A DNA stretch of 36,971 bases from Candidatus Colimonas fimequi (GTDB lineage Bacteria; Bacillota; Clostridia; Peptostreptococcales; Anaerovoracaceae). The translations under genes and the position numbers were made by a program. This document shows positions 8,468-16,669 of this stretch, piece after piece. A model generated the notes under the pieces. It did not search any database. It saw only the letters and a list, made by a program, of their open reading frames with translations, and was not told where the DNA came from. The stretch spans positions 1 through 36,971 of the forward strand of contig JAGHTQ010000177.1 in assembly GCA_018065295.1 (NCBI GenBank). The letters run 5' to 3'. The stretch's first letter is position 1. Every line of letters starts with the position of its first letter.

Positions 8468-10036
8468 ATGTATAGTGCAATGCAGAACACTAACAAAGCA
8501 CAGGGCCTGAACAGAACTCTGGGCCTGGCTGAATGTATCACTATTACAGCCGGTGCTGTAATCGGTGTAGGCCTCTTCACAGTAGGTTCACAGATCGTAG
8601 GTCTGATGGGCGGTACTGTAATCGTGGCATCATTAATCTCATTCGTACTCGTACTCTTCCCATGCGCAATGTATGGTGAAATGGGTGCAGCTCTCCCACT
8701 CGCAGGTGGTACTTACTCATTTGCTAAGAGAGCAATCAATTATCCTGTAGCCGTATTTGAAAGCTGGAACTACACTCTGGCTCAGATCGGTATCGGTGCA
8801 TCAGAATCAATGGCATTCTCAAACTACTTCGTAAGACTGCTGAATGCTCTTGGCATGAACATTCCTGTAGATGACAATGACTATTCAATCATCGCTTTCT
8901 TCCAGGGACAGTGTGATGCATCAGTATTCATGTGGAAAGCACTCCCAGCAATCGGTCTTTTCATCCTGTTCACTTACATCTCATACAGAGGTGCTGAAAT
9001 GAACGGTAAGACTCAGAACTTCTTCATGTTCTTCTTCTGGGCTTGCTCACTCGTATGGTTCGCAACAGTAATCGCTAAGGCAGACTTCTCAGGCGTAACT
9101 GAAATGGTTGCTGGCGTTGGTATCCCTCACGGTGTTAACGCATTCGCTCAGGCTGTACTGCTCGTACTGTGGTGCTTCTTCGGTTTCGAAACTATCGTTG
9201 GTATGGGTTCCGAAGTTAAGTTCCCTCAGATTACTCTTCCTAGAGCTCTGCTGCTCACTCCATTCTGCGTACTGGCAGTTAACCTCTTATTCCAGTGGTT
9301 CCTGTGCGCACTGACTCCAGCAGAACACATTCCTGACCTGTACACTGCAGCAGCTCCATATGCATCAGCTATGGAATACGCTGGTATTGTTGGTCTCCCA
9401 CTTATCATCCTTTGCTTAGGTATTACTCTTGGTGGTGACTTCTCAACAATGAACCCATGTATCGCAGGTCCTGCTCGTTACATCTACATCATGGCTAATG
9501 ACGGTAACTTCCCAAGATACTTCGGCGCTGTACACAAGAAGTACAACTCACCACACAGAGCAGTTATCCTTTGCGCAGTACTTGGTATCTTCTTCATCAT
9601 TTCAGGTTCAATTAAGATCGTTGCAATGATGTGCGCATACAACCAGATTCAGTCATACATCATCGGCTACATCTCATTCTACATGCTTCGTAAGAAGGAA
9701 CCAGATCTCCACAGACCTTGGAAGTGCCCATGCGGTACATTCGCTTGCGTATTCTCATGCGTAACATTCGGTCTGCTCCTGATCCTGGCATACGATCCAG
9801 TTGCTATCTGGTACAACATCGTATGGGATATCCTGGCAATCGCTTACTACTTCCTCTATGTTCGTAAGAGACCTATCCCACAGGATGCTCTGGACGTAGA
9901 AGCAGAAGCACTGGCAGCTAAGGCTCCAAACGCTGAAGAAAAGGCTGCACTGGATAAGGAATTCAAGCTGTGGAGAGTAATCGCTCCTGCATTCGCAATC
10001 GTAGGCGTACTCCTCTTCGTAATTTCATGGATCTAG
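8468..10036 (+). CDS. APC-superfamily amino acid/amine permease
   Basis: LNRTLG, GAVIGVGLF (TM1), GEMGAALPLAGGTYSF, FFGFET (TM6), RKKEPDLHRPWKCP; about 12-13 hydrophobic segments. The start could be ATG 8480. Confidence 0.92.
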   Translation: MYSAMQNTNKAQGLNRTLGLAECITITAGAVIGVGLFTVGSQIVGLMGGTVIVASLISFVLVLFPCAMYGEMGAALPLAGGTYSFAKRAINYPVAVFESWNYTLAQIGIGASESMAFSNYFVRLLNALGMNIPVDDNDYSIIAFFQGQCDASVFMWKALPAIGLFILFTYISYRGAEMNGKTQNFFMFFFWACSLVWFATVIAKADFSGVTEMVAGVGIPHGVNAFAQAVLLVLWCFFGFETIVGMGSEVKFPQITLPRALLLTPFCVLAVNLLFQWFLCALTPAEHIPDLYTAAAPYASAMEYAGIVGLPLIILCLGITLGGDFSTMNPCIAGPARYIYIMANDGNFPRYFGAVHKKYNSPHRAVILCAVLGIFFIISGSIKIVAMMCAYNQIQSYIIGYISFYMLRKKEPDLHRPWKCPCGTFACVFSCVTFGLLLILAYDPVAIWYNIVWDILAIAYYFLYVRKRPIPQDALDVEAEALAAKAPNAEEKAALDKEFKLWRVIAPAFAIVGVLLFVISWI

Positions 10037-10070
10037 TCGGTAACAGATAATAGTATTTAAGGAGTTAATA

Positions 10071-10211
10071 ATGAACAGATTTTGGGGAACAATAGCATTC
10101 GTATTTTTAATGATATTAGCAACTGCAGGTATGGCAGCATACGTTATGCAGAATGCACTTGGTGAGAACATCACATTCGTTGAGTTCTTCCAGCGCTATG
10201 TCTTCAAATAG
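10071..10211 (+). CDS. 46-aa single-TM small protein (not in the ORF track)
   Basis: AAGGAG RBS, ATG 10071, MNRFWGTIAFVFLMILATAGMAAYVMQNALGENITFVEFFQRYVFK, TAG 10209-10211; lies between the permease and its terminator. Confidence 0.75.
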   Translation: MNRFWGTIAFVFLMILATAGMAAYVMQNALGENITFVEFFQRYVFK

Positions 10212-10243
10212 CTAGATTGTCATTAACTCAATAAACACGAAAC

Positions 10244-10278
10244 AAAAGAGGTTCGATTTAATTATCGAACCTCTTTTT
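10244..10278. terminator. Bidirectional intrinsic terminator (copy 1)
   Basis: AAAAGAGGTTCGAT-TTAATT-ATCGAACCTCTTTT. Confidence 0.85.
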
Positions 10279-10819
10279 AATAATTCTCTTTTCTTATTTC
10301 GAAGTACCCCTGCGGATGCTTACACACTGGACATTCCAGTGGGGCGGTGGCGCCGGTCGCCACGTGTCCGCAGTTTCTGCATTCCCAGATAGTAACGCCG
10401 CCTTTCTTGAACACTTCCATATTGCTAACGTTATTATACAATGCACAATATCTTTCTTCGTGGGTCTTCTCGATGGCCGCTACGCCTCGAAACTGTTCTG
10501 CCAAATCTGCGAATCCCTCTTCCTCAGCTTCGCGGGCCATTCTGTCATACATTTCAGTCCACTCTGTATTCTCTCCCGCCACTGCCTGAAGCAGATTCTC
10601 GGGTGTATCATTCAGCTGGCCAAGAGCTTTAAACCAAAGTTTCGCGTGCTCCTTTTCATTCTCTGCAGTCTGCAGGAAGATAGCCGCAATCTGTTCGTAT
10701 CCAGCTTTCTTTGCAACTGATGCGAAATACGTATACTTATTTCTCGCCTGCGATTCTCCTGCGAATGCTTCCCAAAGATTTTTCTCAGTCTTAGTTCCTT
10801 CATATATATTTTTAGCCAT
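10277..10819 (-). CDS. rbr: Rubrerythrin
   Basis: AAGGAG RBS, ATG 10819; [35 protein letters not shown] diiron motifs; C-terminal CRNC...CPVC rubredoxin-like site. Confidence 0.95.
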   Translation of the reverse strand: MAKNIYEGTKTEKNLWEAFAGESQARNKYTYFASVAKKAGYEQIAAIFLQTAENEKEHAKLWFKALGQLNDTPENLLQAVAGENTEWTEMYDRMAREAEEEGFADLAEQFRGVAAIEKTHEERYCALYNNVSNMEVFKKGGVTIWECRNCGHVATGATAPLECPVCKHPQGYFEIRKENY

Positions 10820-11714
10820 GGTATGTCTCCTTCCACAGTCCATGCAGATTGCAATATGCATATGCCGCCACAACTTCATCGCCGTCTGTCAGTGTAAACT
10901 TTGCACATGGCTTCTCGCCTGGAATCAGCGCTTTGCGCTGGGCGCCTTTATCCGTCTCCAGCGCAATCCACTGGATGTAATGAACGTCCTCCATAGGATG
11001 TTCTACTTCGCCAACCTTAACCGTTACCAGATTCCCCTCTACATTGATTACTGGCACGTGCTTCTCTAGCGCGCCATCTGTAGTTCCTGGCACAACCTCA
11101 GTCATAGGATGGCCACAGCACATCATAGAAACTCCCGACTCATTGATCATTCCAACAAAATTACCACATTGTTCGCATACATAAAATTTCATATCTGACT
11201 TCCTTTCTTTATCAACACTCGCCTTGGGCTGTGCACCAGGCTTCGGCTTAATGTTTGCCATATAATATGCATATGTAGCTGATGGCACATCAGAGAGCAC
11301 CTGCATATCAGTAACAGTTGCAATAAACATGGTGTGTGAACCCAGGTCAACCAGCTTAGCTACCTGACATGAGATGTACCCATTAGTCCCTTCGGTAATG
11401 TAATATGCACCATTGGCACCTCTTGTCATGCCATCAAAACCATTGAATTTATCCACATTTCTTCCCGACTGAAAACCAAATCTCTTGAACATGTCGAAGG
11501 ATGCCTCTTCACTGATAATTGATATCGTGAATGCGCCAGCCTCCTTAACCATGTCATGTGTGTAATTCGACTTATTAATACATACACTAATCTGATTAGG
11601 TTCTGATGCAGCCTGGATAGCCGTGTTGGTAATGCAGCCATTGTCCTTGTCGCCAAGACTTACAGTCAGCACGAAAAGTCCATAACTAAGTTTATACATA
11701 GCTTTATTATCCAT
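10812..11714 (-). CDS. Flavin-reductase-like domain fused to desulfoferrodoxin (2Fe superoxide reductase)
   Basis: N-terminal [35 protein letters not shown]; C-terminal CEQC...MCCG (centre I), [19 protein letters not shown] (centre II); AGGAGG RBS. Confidence 0.9.
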   Translation of the reverse strand: MDNKAMYKLSYGLFVLTVSLGDKDNGCITNTAIQAASEPNQISVCINKSNYTHDMVKEAGAFTISIISEEASFDMFKRFGFQSGRNVDKFNGFDGMTRGANGAYYITEGTNGYISCQVAKLVDLGSHTMFIATVTDMQVLSDVPSATYAYYMANIKPKPGAQPKASVDKERKSDMKFYVCEQCGNFVGMINESGVSMMCCGHPMTEVVPGTTDGALEKHVPVINVEGNLVTVKVGEVEHPMEDVHYIQWIALETDKGAQRKALIPGEKPCAKFTLTDGDEVVAAYAYCNLHGLWKETYHG

Positions 11715-11761
11715 CGTTATCTCTCCTCCTTTAAATTAATATAAGTACTGTTTGTTTATTT

Positions 11762-11790
11762 ATCATAACCACACACTATCGTCCGTTCAA
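11762..11790 (-). promoter_or_regulatory. sigma70-type promoter of the oxidative-stress cassette
   Basis: Minus strand TTGAAC-17 nt-TATGAT. Confidence 0.55.
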
Positions 11791-11870
11791 TTGGCGACAG
11801 CCCGCCCTTTTTCTCCATAATTGGGCACATATTTACGCAAAGACCACTAATTGCATTTGGCTAAAAGAAT

Positions 11871-11900
11871 AAAAAAGAGGTTCGATTATATCGAACCTCT
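11871..11900 (-). terminator. Intrinsic terminator of radA (copy 2, same stem as 10244)
   Basis: AAAAAAGAGGTTCGAT-TAT-ATCGAACCTCT, just after the radA stop. Confidence 0.85.
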
Positions 11901-11906
11901 ATCTAT

Positions 11907-13346
11907 TTAACTGAATAGTTTTCTTATTCCACTGATATTCTTCATAGAAAGCATCTGCAGAATCGGCTGACCATTTGCCCTGCGTTCTGCGTTAATAGAA
12001 GTCAGTGCCTTCTTCAGACGCTCTGCATTTCTTACTGGCAGAACCACTTTCTCGAAGCCAAGGTGAGCTGCTTCTCTTAATATCTTCTCACTGTTCTGTA
12101 CGGCTCTCAAATCGCCTGTAAGGCCGATTTCGCCCAGAACCAAAGTATTGCTTCCAAGAACCTTGCCAGTTACTGAGGAATAGATAGCCATGGCTACCGC
12201 AAGGTCAGTATATGTACCCTCTGGCCTGATACCACCTACGATGTTAACGTAGATATCCTGGCTGCCAAGGTCAAGACCAGCCTTCTTCTCAAGAACAGCA
12301 ATAATCATATTAAGTCTTGTAGTATCAATACCTATGGAAGTTCTTCTAGGGAATCCTGCACCTGAATTCGACGCTAATGCTTGAACTTCAAGGACAAGTG
12401 GCCTTGTTCCTTCATATACGGCAGTTACAACTGCGCCTTCATTGCCAGCATCCATTTCTTCCATGAGAGTTCCTGACAGGTTCTCAATCTCCATGAGACC
12501 TTCCTCTCCCATTTCAAAAGCACCGATTTCGCTAGTTGTTCCGAATCTGTTCTTCTGGGCTCTGAGAATTCTCATCTCATGGCTTCTGTCACCTGTGAAA
12601 CTGAGCACACAGTCTACCATATGCTCAACAATTCTAGGACCAGCAAGTTCACCGCTCTTAGTCACGTGAGCAACAATAAAGATAGGAAGGTTATTCATCT
12701 TGCCTATTCTCATGAGCTCGTTACCGCATGCTCTCACCTGGGAAACGCTGCCCGGTGCAGAATCCAGATCAGGTGTGAACATTGTCTGGATTGAGTCGAT
12801 GATAAGGAACTTAGGTTCCAGCTGTTTGCAGACTTCTGCAACGTTCTCCATGCTTGTCTCAGCCAGAATGTAGAGATTGTCCGAGAGATTCGTGCAAACT
12901 CTATCAGCGCGCATCTTAATCTGTTCTTCTGACTCTTCTCCTGATACATAGAGGACTGTTCCCTGTGTTTGGGCAATGTGTGCTGCCGCCTGAATAATAA
13001 TGGTTGATTTACCTATACCTGGCTCACCTGAAATCAGTGTCAATGAACCCTGAACCAAGCCGCCGCCAAGGACTCTATTTAATTCTCCAATACCAGTATC
13101 GATACGTTCAGTCTCACCCGAGGTAACCTTAACAAGAGGTCTTGGCTTTCCTACGCGGCCAGTGCCTGCTGCGCCACCTTCTGTTCCCCCTGATGTTCTT
13201 CTTCTCTTGTCATCAGTGTCCAGGGCAATTACCTTCTCCTCAACAAATGAGTTCCATGCACCGCAGATGCATCTTCCCATCCATTTAGGGCTCTCATTGC
13301 CACATTCCTGACATACGAATACTGTCTTACCCGATTTTTTAGCCAT
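11907..13346 (-). CDS. radA: DNA repair protein RadA/Sms
   Basis: C4 zinc finger CQECG...CICG, Walker A GEPGIGKST, YVSGEES, IDSIQT, KNRFG, Lon-like C-terminal domain. Confidence 0.97.
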   Translation of the reverse strand: MAKKSGKTVFVCQECGNESPKWMGRCICGAWNSFVEEKVIALDTDDKRRRTSGGTEGGAAGTGRVGKPRPLVKVTSGETERIDTGIGELNRVLGGGLVQGSLTLISGEPGIGKSTIIIQAAAHIAQTQGTVLYVSGEESEEQIKMRADRVCTNLSDNLYILAETSMENVAEVCKQLEPKFLIIDSIQTMFTPDLDSAPGSVSQVRACGNELMRIGKMNNLPIFIVAHVTKSGELAGPRIVEHMVDCVLSFTGDRSHEMRILRAQKNRFGTTSEIGAFEMGEEGLMEIENLSGTLMEEMDAGNEGAVVTAVYEGTRPLVLEVQALASNSGAGFPRRTSIGIDTTRLNMIIAVLEKKAGLDLGSQDIYVNIVGGIRPEGTYTDLAVAMAIYSSVTGKVLGSNTLVLGEIGLTGDLRAVQNSEKILREAAHLGFEKVVLPVRNAERLKKALTSINAERRANGQPILQMLSMKNISGIRKLFS

Positions 13347-13360
13347 ACATTATACCTTAT

Positions 13361-13389
13361 AAAATAATAGGGCTGTCCGAAGACAGCCC
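13361..13389 (-). terminator. Intrinsic terminator after the EF-G paralog
   Basis: Minus strand GGGCTGTC-TTCG-GACAGCCC followed by TATTATTTT. Confidence 0.75.
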
Positions 13390-13411
13390 CCTAATTATCA
13401 ATTTGTTTTGA

Positions 13412-15352
13412 CTACTTGTCCTGTGATGCTGCATATTCAGCAATGATCTTCTGTGCGATCATCTGAGGAACTTCTTCGTACTTATCGAATTCCATTACGA
13501 AGCTACCTCTAGCCTGAGTCATAGCTCTCAGAACGATAGCATAGTCGAAGAGTTCAGCCTGTGGAGCTTCAGCCATCAGCTTCTGGCCGCCACCGTGCTG
13601 TGGTTCCATACCGAGGATCTTACCTCTTCTCTTGTTCATGTCGCCCATTACGTCGCCCATGTATTCGTCTGGTACCAGGATTTCAAGCTTCATTACTGGT
13701 TCGAGGAGACATGGCTTAGCCATTTCGATACCCTTCTTGAATGCCAGTGATGCAGCAATCTTGAATGCCATTTCGTTTGAGTCAACTGCGTGATATGAAC
13801 CATCGTAGAGGATAGCCTTAACGTTCTGTACCTTGCAGCCTGCGAGAGGACCCTTCTCCATACATTCTCTGAGGCCCTTTTCTACTGCTGGCCAGTAGTT
13901 CTTAGGAACTGAACCACCGAAGATTTCTTCGCCGAATTCGAATTCTTCCTGTGATGGTGAGAACTTAATCCAAACATCACCGAACTGACCTGCGCCACCT
14001 GACTGCTTCTTATGTCTACCCTGTACATCAGCTGTACCCTTGATAGTTTCTCTGTAAGCGATCTTCTGTGGAACTTCTACTACTTCTACACCGAACTTAT
14101 CCTTCAGCTTAGCAGTGATGATGCTCAGCTGGATGTCGCCCTGACCACCAAGGAGAGTCTGATGAGTTTCAACGTTTGTCTGAAGAACGAATGATGGGTC
14201 TTCTTCCATCAGCTTCTTGAGACCTGAACCCATCTTCTCATCGTCACCAGTCTTAGCAGGTTCTACTGCCTTGAAGAGTGATGGTGATGGGAATGCGATA
14301 GTTGGGAATAAGATTTCGTTTGCCTTGTCGCTAAGAGTATCACCAGTGTTTGTGTTCTGGAGCTTACCAAGAGCAACGATGTCGCCAGCAACTGCTTCTG
14401 GGCATTCACCCTGAGTGTTACCTCTGAGGAAGAACATTGAACCCAGCTTTTCTGACTTCGCTGTTCTAGCGTTGTATACTTCCATACCAGGCTTCAGTGT
14501 ACCTGATACAACCTTAGCCAGTGAGATCATTCCAAGGAATGGGTCTGCGATTGTCTTGAATACGAGAGCAGCTGTAGGACCATTAGCGTCTACTGCAACT
14601 TCGATATCTTCGTCAGCACCGTTCTTAGCTGCCAGTGGAGCTACTGATGCTGGCTTAGGTGTCAGGTCGATGAACTGCTGGAGAACTTCTGTGATGCCTT
14701 CGCCTGTCATTGCTGAGCAAGTGAATACTGGAACGATGTCGCCGCTTGCGATACCCATGCTCAGGCCCTTAGCGAACTGTTCGTCTGTAAGTTCCATAGT
14801 TTCGAGGTAGATTTCCATCAGTTCTTCATCTGTTCCTGCTACTTCTTCTTCAAGAGCTTCTCTATCGTCAAGAGTTACTACTGATGAACCGAACTTAGCC
14901 TTCAGTGATTCGATAACTTCTTCTACATCTACGTTTTCTTTATCTGTCTTGTTAATCAGGAAGAACTTAGGAACTGAGAACTGCTTACATGAGTTCCAAG
15001 CCTTTTCTGTACCTACCTGAGTGCCTGCTGATGCATCTACCAGGATAGCAGCAGCTTCTACTGCTCTCAGTGCTGAGTTAACTTCACCAACGAAGTCGAA
15101 GAATCCTGGAGTATCAACGAAGTTGATCTTAGTCTTGTTGTATTCTACAGGTACTACTGATGTGCTGATGGAATAGCCCTTTTCCTTCTCCATCTTATCG
15201 TAGTCTGATACTGTATTGCCATCTTCTACCTTACCAAGTCTGCTGATAACCTTTGTTGCCAGAAGACAAGCTTCGAGGAATGTAGTCTTACCTGTACTAC
15301 CATGTCCTAAGAGTGCGATATTTCTAATGTTTTCGTTCTTGTAGCCCTTCAT
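13412..15352 (-). CDS. fusA: Elongation factor G paralog (EF-G2/FusA-like), not in the str operon
   Basis: G1 GHGSTGKTT, DTPG, NKTD, EEDPS, AYRETI, KKQSGGAGQFG, GSYHAVDSNEMAF, LLEPVM; AGGAGG RBS; 646 aa. Confidence 0.93.
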   Translation of the reverse strand: MKGYKNENIRNIALLGHGSTGKTTFLEACLLATKVISRLGKVEDGNTVSDYDKMEKEKGYSISTSVVPVEYNKTKINFVDTPGFFDFVGEVNSALRAVEAAAILVDASAGTQVGTEKAWNSCKQFSVPKFFLINKTDKENVDVEEVIESLKAKFGSSVVTLDDREALEEEVAGTDEELMEIYLETMELTDEQFAKGLSMGIASGDIVPVFTCSAMTGEGITEVLQQFIDLTPKPASVAPLAAKNGADEDIEVAVDANGPTAALVFKTIADPFLGMISLAKVVSGTLKPGMEVYNARTAKSEKLGSMFFLRGNTQGECPEAVAGDIVALGKLQNTNTGDTLSDKANEILFPTIAFPSPSLFKAVEPAKTGDDEKMGSGLKKLMEEDPSFVLQTNVETHQTLLGGQGDIQLSIITAKLKDKFGVEVVEVPQKIAYRETIKGTADVQGRHKKQSGGAGQFGDVWIKFSPSQEEFEFGEEIFGGSVPKNYWPAVEKGLRECMEKGPLAGCKVQNVKAILYDGSYHAVDSNEMAFKIAASLAFKKGIEMAKPCLLEPVMKLEILVPDEYMGDVMGDMNKRRGKILGMEPQHGGGQKLMAEAPQAELFDYAIVLRAMTQARGSFVMEFDKYEEVPQMIAQKIIAEYAASQDK

Positions 15353-15389
15353 TTATAGAGACCTCCTAATTTTTTTCACATATATTTCG

Positions 15390-15418
15390 ATTATATCATC
15401 GCACCAGATATATTACAA
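15390..15418 (-). promoter_or_regulatory. sigma70-type promoter of the EF-G paralog
   Basis: Minus strand TTGTAA-17 nt-TATAAT with extended TG. Confidence 0.65.
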
Positions 15419-15453
15419 TCACAAATAGATAAGCTGTCTGAAATTTTCGTGAG

Positions 15454-16512
15454 TTATGAATACTTCCCGGTACCTAAATAACGATATATTTTAGAGGTTC
15501 TCTTCCACTGCTTGGCGCTGATTTCACCGTAAGTAATCGAACTGTTCCAATACGCATCCTGAACACCGTTATCGTGGTGAGCTGCATGAACGACCTTGCC
15601 GTCTCCCGCATATAACATGCAGTGGGTTGGGGTAAGCAAAATATCCCCAGGCTCCAGTTTCATAATGGTCGAAGGCTTCTTGATTTTCTTGAAATTCTTC
15701 GTGTTCTTTAGTGCCTTGTTAGTATCTCCCGCAAGGCCGACTCTCTTATTTTTGTAACGGCAATCAAGCTCACTTGTACCAGCACCGTGATGGTATGCTG
15801 CAGTGACAAACGGATTGCAGCAATAGGTTTTCGCCGCGGCAGCCCTCGATGCTCCCGCCTTCAGCTTCGCGCTCCCTTTGCTCATATTAGTCCCGCAAAA
15901 GTAGCAACCGCTATGGTGTGCCCACTTGCTTCGCCCATAGTGAAAAGAGTCATCCGCTGCTATGGCTATCGCCCAATCAACGGCTGCTCTTCTAGCCTTC
16001 TCGTTGGCACTCATATTGGCTGTATCACTCTCGCCATCAGATTCACTGTTTGCAGTTGTAGCTATCGTTTCAGTTTTAGCCTTGGCTTCAGTCGCCTTCT
16101 TAGTCGCCTTCCTCACATACTTAGGCAGCTCAATCTCCTTCGATCGTGCTTCACTCCAATCACCGTAAATCTTATCCGCATCACCATTGCGATACATTCT
16201 CACCCTAAAATAATACGTCTTATCTTTATCCAGATTGTGAATGCTCCTTGATGATGCGCTAGCTCTCTTTATAGTGGTGCTAATAGACGATTTAAACTCG
16301 CTATTATCCGCATACTGAAGCTGATATCCGTCGCACTCACCTCTTGCCCACCTGACATTAACCGTTCCTTCCTGGCGAGAAGAAAGACTTATCGTCTTAA
16401 TCTCTGCCTTGCCTGGTGCAATAACGTCGGCGTTAGACACCACTGTTTGTGGCACAACAAAAACACCAGTCGCTATTACAGCAGACAGCAAAAGATACAT
16501 AATATATCTCAT
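15454..16512 (-). CDS. Secreted Fn3 + NlpC/P60-like cell-wall peptidase
   Basis: Signal-peptide-like MRYIMYLLLSAVIATGVFVV from ATG 16512; Fn3 (GYQLQY...YYFRVR...YGDWS); low-complexity linker; YCCNPFV (catalytic Cys position) and PGDILLTPTHCMLYAGDGKVVHA. Confidence 0.75.
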   Translation of the reverse strand: MRYIMYLLLSAVIATGVFVVPQTVVSNADVIAPGKAEIKTISLSSRQEGTVNVRWARGECDGYQLQYADNSEFKSSISTTIKRASASSRSIHNLDKDKTYYFRVRMYRNGDADKIYGDWSEARSKEIELPKYVRKATKKATEAKAKTETIATTANSESDGESDTANMSANEKARRAAVDWAIAIAADDSFHYGRSKWAHHSGCYFCGTNMSKGSAKLKAGASRAAAAKTYCCNPFVTAAYHHGAGTSELDCRYKNKRVGLAGDTNKALKNTKNFKKIKKPSTIMKLEPGDILLTPTHCMLYAGDGKVVHAAHHDNGVQDAYWNSSITYGEISAKQWKRTSKIYRYLGTGKYS

Positions 16513-16573
16513 TTCTAATCCCATTACCTTTCTTATTAATTGCCGGCTAACTTCAGCAATTGCTGTTTTGTTG

Positions 16574-16602
16574 ATTATATTACCATATTTTACCAGTTGC
16601 AA
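16574..16602 (-). promoter_or_regulatory. sigma70-type promoter of the NlpC/P60 gene
   Basis: Minus strand TTGCAA-17 nt-TATAAT; it lies inside the ORF-track extension, which supports the downstream start. Confidence 0.6.
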
Positions 16603-16624
16603 GTCTTGACATTTACGAAACAAT

Positions 16625-16653
16625 AAAAAAACGGCCCACAAATGTGAGCCGTT
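16625..16653 (-). terminator. Intrinsic terminator of asnS
   Basis: Minus strand AACGGCTCACA-TT-TGTGGGCCGTT followed by a T-run. Confidence 0.8.
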
Positions 16654-16669
16654 AAAATTGCAAAACGTT

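Noticed and set aside
13412-15352. TetM/TetO ribosomal protection protein (similar length)
   Set aside because: It has EF-G domain IV motifs (KKQSGG, GSYHAVDS) and lacks the TetM-type YSPVST loop and any mobile context.
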